Of a stretch of 60,000 bases of DNA, positions 52,518 through 60,000 are shown piece after piece. The stretch is from contig NC_087251.1 of assembly GCF_037042905.1 (NCBI RefSeq), positions 41,232,001 to 41,292,000 of the forward strand, given 5' to 3'. Source of the DNA: Lytechinus pictus. Lineage: Eukaryota. The notes under the pieces were generated by a model, which searched no databases, had not been told where the DNA came from, and saw only the letters and a program-made list of their open reading frames with translations. Each line of letters begins with the position of its first letter. Position 1 is the first letter of the stretch. Made by a program: the position numbers and the translations under genes.

Positions 52518-52679
52518 TACCTCGGTCACATTTGCTCTACGGCGGCCGTACGGCGAGTGGAAAACAGCCGTTTTAACATCTTCTACCATAGCTAATTATA
52601 GGTAGTATGAATAATAATGAATACAATGGCTGTTTTCGACTCGCCGTACGGCCGCCGTAGAGCAAATGTGACAGAGGTA
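52518..52679. mobile_element. 162-bp Harbinger/Tourist-like MITE
   Basis: ~52-bp near-perfect TIR TACCTC.GTCACATTTGCTCTACGGCGGCCGTACGGCGAGT; TTA TSD. Confidence 0.88.
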
Positions 52680-53291
52680 TTACGTATACAAGACAATTAA
52701 TATTTAACATAACTGAAAAAAAACCCGAAGTTGTAGTGTTCATCTTTTACAATAAAGTTTTGTTATAGGTACTTATGTTACTCTTTTGAAATATATATGA
52801 TTAATAATGAGTTCTGCCAGACTAAAAAAAAAAATCGAAATGGATCTAATGGCACATATCTGTGTGACGTTCATATCTAAACAAGGACATCCGTTTCTTC
52901 AAGATAAGTATAGAACGATAAAACGAAGCCGTGTTGTACACGTGTCTAGCAGGCCTACACAATCCTGTAAGGAAATATTGACTCTTTGCAATGTCCAATA
53001 ATACTAGTAAATTGAGAGAAATATTAAAAGCAAATTCCAGTTTAGGTTGGCAGTTAGTCATGGACTATTTGAGTGTGATACTTATCTTGCTGTTTACCGT
53101 ATTTAATCCGTGAGGATTTACCTTACCAAATTTAATGCTCGTGTACCAGAGTTTGAGTTTCTTTATCGTAGTAGAATCCATGGCAGTATGTCAAGATCCA
53201 ATTCTTTCTCAACTCCCCAAGTATTACTCAAAGTACTGCGATAATAGATAATGCAAGTTAATTCCTGTTTTAATGCTTCAGAATATTCCAG

Positions 53292-53560
53292 ACTACGGGG
53301 AAACTTTCTCCACCCACCAATTCCTTTGAAAATGCAAGTCAAATCACAATGGAGAGCTGGGAGGCTTTTGTCGAAAGTTGGTGGACCGGGACAGCATCGG
53401 AACCGTTGACTCCGGACAACGACATATTTGCGATTGTTCGTCCGGTGCAAATCTTTGGATGATCTGCTGTCCCAGTCCACCAACTTTAAACAAAAGCCTC
53501 TCAGCTCTCCATTGTGATTTTAATTGCATCTTCAAAAGAATCGATGCGTTTCCCCGTAGT
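53292..53560. repeat. Foldback inverted repeat (~100-bp arms), probable MITE
   Basis: ACTACGGGGAAAC...AAATCACAATGGAGAGCTG..AGGCTTTTGT..AAAGTTGGTGGAC.GGGACAGCA mirrored on the other arm. Confidence 0.8.
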
Positions 53561-55670
53561 AAATACGAAAACTACCTAATGTTTTGGAATAACGAACCTT
53601 TGGATTTCGGAATAATGAATCTTCACACAAAGTAACGAGCATATATCCGACATTCAAAGGTATAGTGAACGTTTCTTCTTTTTTTTCGCTGCAATGTATA
53701 TATTCACTTTCTTGAAGGTTGGTTAGAAAGGTCATTTATTACATTTTGCATTTTCTAAAAGAAAAACACCAAGCGTAAGTAGTGGTATTCATAAGGTGAT
53801 ATTGGATGAAGAGTATTGAATTTTATCATAATAAGGTAGTAGGAATACAAGCAAGCTGATTCCATTCTTATCCAACGAGATGCCTACATTATTCCTTTGA
53901 AGTCAATTAAGAGGTAGGAAGAGATTTGTCAACCTGTTTTTGCGCGATGGCTGGACATTCAATTATCTATGTTTATAGCTATCACTACCAAATAAAATCT
54001 TTTTGTAACAAGGTCCTTAATCTGTAAGACTCATGATTACAACCTTGCCAAATAGGTAGAAAGTCTGAAGCATTTTAGCGGTTCCAGATGATCTGTATTT
54101 TGATTGTCTTTACATCCATGTATTTTCTTAACAGCAAGCATACAATGTTGTACATAGATTGAATTAAAAACTTTAACTTTCGATAACTTACTCTTGTCAT
54201 ATATCGTGTGCTTTGTGTATTGCCAATTTATAGATTTATAAGTAAGTTTTTCCCCTTCGAACCCGTTTTCAACAGCAGCTTTTCTGTGGTAGGCCCTGTA
54301 CCTTTTGATTTGGTATAGGCAACTGATCTGTAGTGCGTTTCAATAAAAAGTGTACACTTTAAAAAAAGTTCCGGGAATTTAAAAATATACATAATCGGGA
54401 TAAGTTTTTCACATATTTTCTTGAGTTTGGGTCTCATCTATCAAATGAAAGTTATAATTTTGACAGAATGTTACACTTGAGTGAGCACTGTCCATTTTTT
54501 GTAAAGCTCGCAGAAATCGGTTTGCGCAGAAATGCTCATTTTCACCCTGTGTCAAGGGAGAAAGGCGAAAACAATCTTGTGCGGTACATTTCTCATACAT
54601 TTTTTTTTCATTTTTATCAAATTGAAATAAACACATACATACAATCATTTTGTAATGACTCTGCCACCCAAATTGACATTTTAACCCAAAGTAAGCACAA
54701 CTTTTCATTTCATTTATTTTTCACAAATCAATCAAAATACAAAACATCTAACTCATTCCAAAATAGTATGCATAATTACAATATAAATGCAGATTCAAAG
54801 TGGATGGACCTAAAGTAAAGCAAAACCTTAATCTTTTTGTGCGACTGAGCGCATTGAAATGGCAGTCAGGGTTGTTGCATCCCTGCAGACATCACTGAAT
54901 TTAAACAAATGTTTATCTGTGACATCACCAGCATTCTTTCACTAAGTTTTTCTCATTTCAAGTGGGACCATGTGGGTTTGAAATTCATATTTCATTTAAT
55001 ACATGTTTCTTCACACTTTTCCCAAGCTTGATGATTAGCAAAACAAAAATCAAGCCTAGGCCATTTCATGTGTAAAGCAGACTTCATCGTACGTGTGGAG
55101 AGGAGGGGGCACAATGGCGCTCTATAAAGTGTTCAGGGCAAGGAAACAAGTAAAAATATTAAATACATCTTCAAATCAATTTTCTTGCTAAATTCCATTA
55201 GTTCTTGATGATTAACGTCTACTTTTATTCTTTTTTCAATTCATTTCATTTATTAACCATATAAAATATTAAAATACAATGTAAAATAACATAATATATA
55301 AATGTAGCAACACATACAACAAATAAATATAATTTATACATTAATGTAAAAGAAAAATCAATATATGGTAAGAGGCAACCAAAAAGATTAAAATCTTGTA
55401 GGCAGGTGCCCCTTTACAAGTATTCAAATAATCAAAACATAATCATTATACACTGTTGGTCATAAAGGTGGAATAAAATATTTTTGAATAAAACTCGACA
55501 GTTTTGTTGGTATTTGAAAGGCTACGCGAAGACAAAATGGTAATTGAGTGATGACATGTTTCCCATTACACATGCAGGTCACATTATAACATGATAAATT
55601 TGGATTACGTAATAAATTATTTTGTTGTAGACTATAAAAGCCTATGTATATGATATTCTGTCCCTTTCCC

Positions 55671-56990
55671 CAGTGGCGTAGCTACGGGTGGGCCTGGGGG
55701 GCACGTGCCCCCCTGAAAAAAACTGGCAGAGCAAAAAAAAAAAGAAAAAAGGGAGAAAGAAGAAAAGAAAAAAAGAATAAAAGAAGAAAGACAGAAGAAA
55801 AAAATAAGAGGAAGACGAGTGAATGAAATAATGTGAGGGGAAGACTTGCAAAAAAAAAATCTTTCATGTTACCATATAAAATTTTTGCTTGCGCTTTGCG
55901 CCAGAATTGCCTGTTCGATGAAATTCATATTTTGCTCAATAGGCTGATATAGAGCAAGTTTTGAAGTCAATTATACAAAACATATTTTAGCTCGGACATC
56001 GAGCTTTCATTATTTTTTTTTCATTTAAAAATTTAAGTGCTCTGTAAAATGTCCGTTTTATGGTCTACATATCAGCATTTTAAGCTCACGCTGCGTGGTC
56101 ACATTGTTTGATTTTCCAAGTTCATATTGTCTACGTGTTTTCCATAATGTTCCATTAAACAAATGTATTCAGAATGCCCAGATTCTAGGTCTAAATCTAA
56201 AACATGCGCGATAGCCGGCATGTTCTTTATTTAAAATGTACTTAAATTATCCAGTTTCACATCAGAATATCTATAATTGTCTGCTCACGCTTCACGATCG
56301 CATTATTAATGATACCCAATTAACTATATCCTATTTATGATTTACAAAATATGAATAGAGTGTCCGCTTTTAGGTCTAAAATATCAATTTTCTTCCTCTC
56401 GCGCTTCGCGCTCGCATTAATTGTTTAGTTACATACCTATCCCATTTATTAATACAAAAAGTGCTTAGAATGACAATTTTTAGGTCGGAATGTCAAAAAA
56501 AATTGCTCGCGCTTCGCGCTCGCATTATTGAAATATATACCGTCTTCGTGGATAACTGTAAGCAGTCCTTAACAGGTCCCTTTTCGATAATGCTAGAACA
56601 GTTAATAAAAATGTTTGCTCGCGCTTGGCGTTCGCAGTAACCATCTAGTTACATACGAATCTTGTTCAGGATCACACATACCATTGCCCAGAATATTAAA
56701 TTTTCAGGACAAAATACATGAAAGTAAAAAAAATCGCTCGCGCTTCGCGCTCGCACTTTTTATAAGGCTTATGAGATTATTTCATGTTTATGTTGTTTTA
56801 TAAGAATTAAAACTAAGAAGTGACTGATCGGGGAATATATAGGTGAAGATAATTTCGGGCACCGTCCCCTATTGGCGAAAGTCGGATCCGCCCTTGTGAC
56901 ACATACACACACACCAGAAAAAATGGTGCCCCCTGAAAAAGCAAGGACCCCCCAGTGCCCCCCAGGAAAAAAATCCTAGCTACGCCACTG
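55671..56990 (-). mobile_element. hAT-like non-autonomous transposon (composite)
   Basis: Perfect 14-bp TIR CAGTGGCGTAGCTA; 8-bp TSD CCTTTCCC (55663-55670, 56991-56998); interior homologous to 34210-36232. Confidence 0.88.
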
Positions 56991-58669
56991 CCTTTCCCTG
57001 ATTTAGCACTGTGTATAAGAAGGTTGCATTTTTTCGAGTTCCTTGTACCGTTTGAAATAAAAATCGGTAGAGACGTTCCCTGGACTATGCCTGGTCCAAC
57101 AGCAACACGCGAGAGAGTGTATAACACAGCGACAGGAGGGCTACAAGCAGACTGATATCGCAAAATTTAAGAAAATAAGAGGAGAATTGGCAAATAAAAA
57201 TATTAAACTGTTTTTAACAGGTCCCCATTCGGATCAGTATTCAGCTCGCGCTTATATAGCGCCCGCATTAATTGTTCATTACACAATTTTTTTTTTATTC
57301 AAAACGTAGGCCTACCAAAAATGTCAAAGTTTCAGATCGAAATATTGAAAATGTTCAGCTCGCGCTTCGCGCTCTCATCTTAATTTAGCAAATGCCCATC
57401 TTTTTAATGATTTTTTTTATAGAAGTTTTCAGGTCATAATGCAAAATAATGAGCTCAAGTTTCGCATTATCACGACTATAGAATCAGTTGTACAATCCCG
57501 TTCATGGTTTAAAAATATGCTGAGTTTCAAGTTGTGAGGTGAGAAAACCAACAATTTTCAGCTCGCTGCGCCCTTGCATTAAGATTATAAAGATATTTAT
57601 TCTCTTCATGAATTTCTAAAAACAGTCCTATTTCCCCTTTTCATTAGTATACCGAAAAGCTCGCGCTTTGCGTTCACAAGGAAGGGAAAGTGTAAACATG
57701 ACATCATCAGCTAACCAATACATATTCCGTATGACGTCATGCACTTTTTCACAAAATATAGCTTAATATTTAATTAAATTCAATTTATTTTATTTTTATT
57801 TTCAGATAATAAACATAAGAACAAACATATACATAATATACAAAACAGAATCAACGTCATAATAAACAAAGAGAGGGAGAAATATTAAATTTAATTAACA
57901 TTTTTATTTATTATTAGGGTCCTTATAAATTATATTATATTATTCAGCCCAGAAAGCAACTTGAATGTATCCCCCTGCAATGATATGTTACTTGTTATTC
58001 TTTGCATGTATATTGCTATTATAGCAATATATACATATTTGTTTTATTTCCGTCATAAAAATTTATATTAATATATAATTTTTATGACGGAAATAAAACA
58101 AACGAACAAACAAACAAAATTGAATTGAGTGTTTAGACCCCCCCCCCGTCTCATCGGTATAGGGGCAACCGACCCTCGATGAGTTTTCATGTAGTGGAAA
58201 AAAGGAAGGAAAAGAGGAAGAAAGGCGACAAAGGAAAGCTTGTAAAACGAGAGGCATATCTTGGAAAACAAGATCCCCTATCAGAATAATTTCCACCCCT
58301 TTCTGTCTGCCTACTTACAGTGCTAAATGCATTTAATGATTTTAATCATATTAATTTTGCTAAAGTACACATTCCTGTAACCTGAAATACAGCAAAACGT
58401 GGGATAATCTCTTGTCGAAGGAAATTAATTATCAAATCAAACTCGGGAATCAACGGGAAATAAGCTTATTTATCTTAACCAGTATTTGGAACCATTCCCA
58501 CCAAAACACAGATGGTATTTAGATGAGGAAAATTCAGTTATATTAAATTCAATTAATGTTTTATTACGTATAAAAAGCAATACATGATGCAAAGCTAACA
58601 TACTGAAATTAGCATGCTTACAATAAAGATAATAATAATGATAACAATGATAATAATATGTCCATTTAA

Positions 58670-58871
58670 TACATAGCGCTGTTACTATGTGCATATACTC
58701 AACTGCTCTTTGTCAAGGAATAAATCCGGTTATCCATTCACCTCACCTGGGTCGAATGCAGCACAATGTGGGTAAATTTCTTGCTGAGGAAAATGCGCCA
58801 TGGCTGGGATTCGAATCCACGTCCCTCTGATTGAAAGACGAGAGTCGTAACCACTAGACCACGACGCGCCC
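58670..58871 (-). mobile_element. tRNA-derived SINE
   Basis: Reverse strand reads GGGCGCGTCGTGGTCTAGTGG (A box)...GGATTCGAATCCC (B box)...GACCCAGGTGAGG; left boundary approximate. Confidence 0.75.
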
Positions 58872-60000
58872 ATATTTACAAGTCATTATTGGGTAAAAGT
58901 AACAATGATAATTCAAACTGGTACATCATGTAAGAATGATATTAATGGCATACAGATAAATAAATACATTTTAAAGGCTTATTGTGGATAAGAATTCATT
59001 GAATATGATAAAATCGGATGCAAAAAATTGCACAATAAAATACAATTTCAAAAAATTATTATTAAACTACAATTAAAAATTAAGATTATAATCCAGTATA
59101 AGCTGCAGATCCAGAGGCACATGCGCATATTGTGATTCCCTTTTTGGTCAAATATTGTACAAAAATATAACACTGTAGTAAGACCCCCCCCCCCCCTCAC
59201 CCCCGTTGGGAAGATTGGGGGAAAATTGAAGTATGTTCCTTTGTTTAGTTAAGATCCTAAAAACGTCAGACAATAAAAAAAAAAAAATTTCCTGTGCGGC
59301 CCTTGCCTCTGCGATATTATCAAGATAATCAAGTGGGAGAGGGAAAGAGAGGGGGGCGCCTTTCTCACCAACACGTTATCCAACAGTGTATTTTTGTTTT
59401 CTTTGTTGATAATGCATCAGCAATGGGAGATTAAAATTAATAATCACTACATAGTAGGTGCAAATATATGTAACATTCCTCGTGCTGAAATTGTTAACGT
59501 ATCCATCATGATCACACCTGCTAATATCCACAGGTGTGAGAATGGTATATTGATGTAATGAAATCCTTGCTGCGCCTATACTCAGCATGAGGTTTTTATC
59601 CATCATGATCAAATTCCATTCAAAAGAAGAAAATAGCCAATATCCATGACGTCATGACCTTTTGAAGATAGGATTGTGACGTGATATTGGGTTGCTCGAT
59701 TACTTTGTTCATTTTCTTGTCTAAATGTGCATGATGGTGAAATATATACGCTCCATGCACGTTTCCACCCGGTTCACGCAAAGTAAGTTTTAGACAAGAT
59801 GCTAAAGAAAAAAGGGGCATCGTCATGCTGTCCTATACAATCGAACTAACGATGACAATTTTATATAGTTGGAGAGTTACATGACCTACCCTTTCATAGT
59901 TCTTTCTCATTTTTTTTCCTTTCCGCCTTTTCTTTTCCTCCCTTTTCCCTCTTTTTACACTATTAAAAACAATATTGGAAGGGGGTCACCCCTGCCCCTT

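Noticed and set aside
54230..55225. Possible ~1-kb non-autonomous DNA transposon
   Set aside because: It looks repeat-like, but no convincing TIR/TSD or second copy was found in the window.

Overview
AT-rich, repeat-dense, intron-containing animal DNA. The repeat families look deuterostome/echinoderm (sea-urchin-like); this is inferred, not proven. Three main components. (1) A complete 7,961-bp Ty3/gypsy-type LTR element (78-8038) with 546-bp LTRs that are identical by eye, a GATG target-site duplication (TSD), a PBS-like and a PPT-like site. It has a ~3.9-kb non-coding leader and encodes only Gag (capsid plus CCHC knuckle, no pol). The Gag frame really starts at ATG 4522 and has one in-frame TAG at 4600. 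(2) Eleven coding exons (11326-22269, +) of serine palmitoyltransferase LCB2 (SPTLC2/3); the 5' exon(s) were not found and are probably upstream of the window. (3) A four-coding-exon gene (46544-52001, +, 533 aa) with a C-terminal CIPC (CLOCK-interacting pacemaker)-like motif, preceded by a CpG-rich region with clustered CACGTG E-boxes. The remainder is MITEs (TTAA/Kolobok-like, 3-bp-TSD Harbinger-like, 8-bp-TSD hAT-like, several nested), tRNA-derived SINEs and minisatellites. Most short ORFs in the track are spurious.
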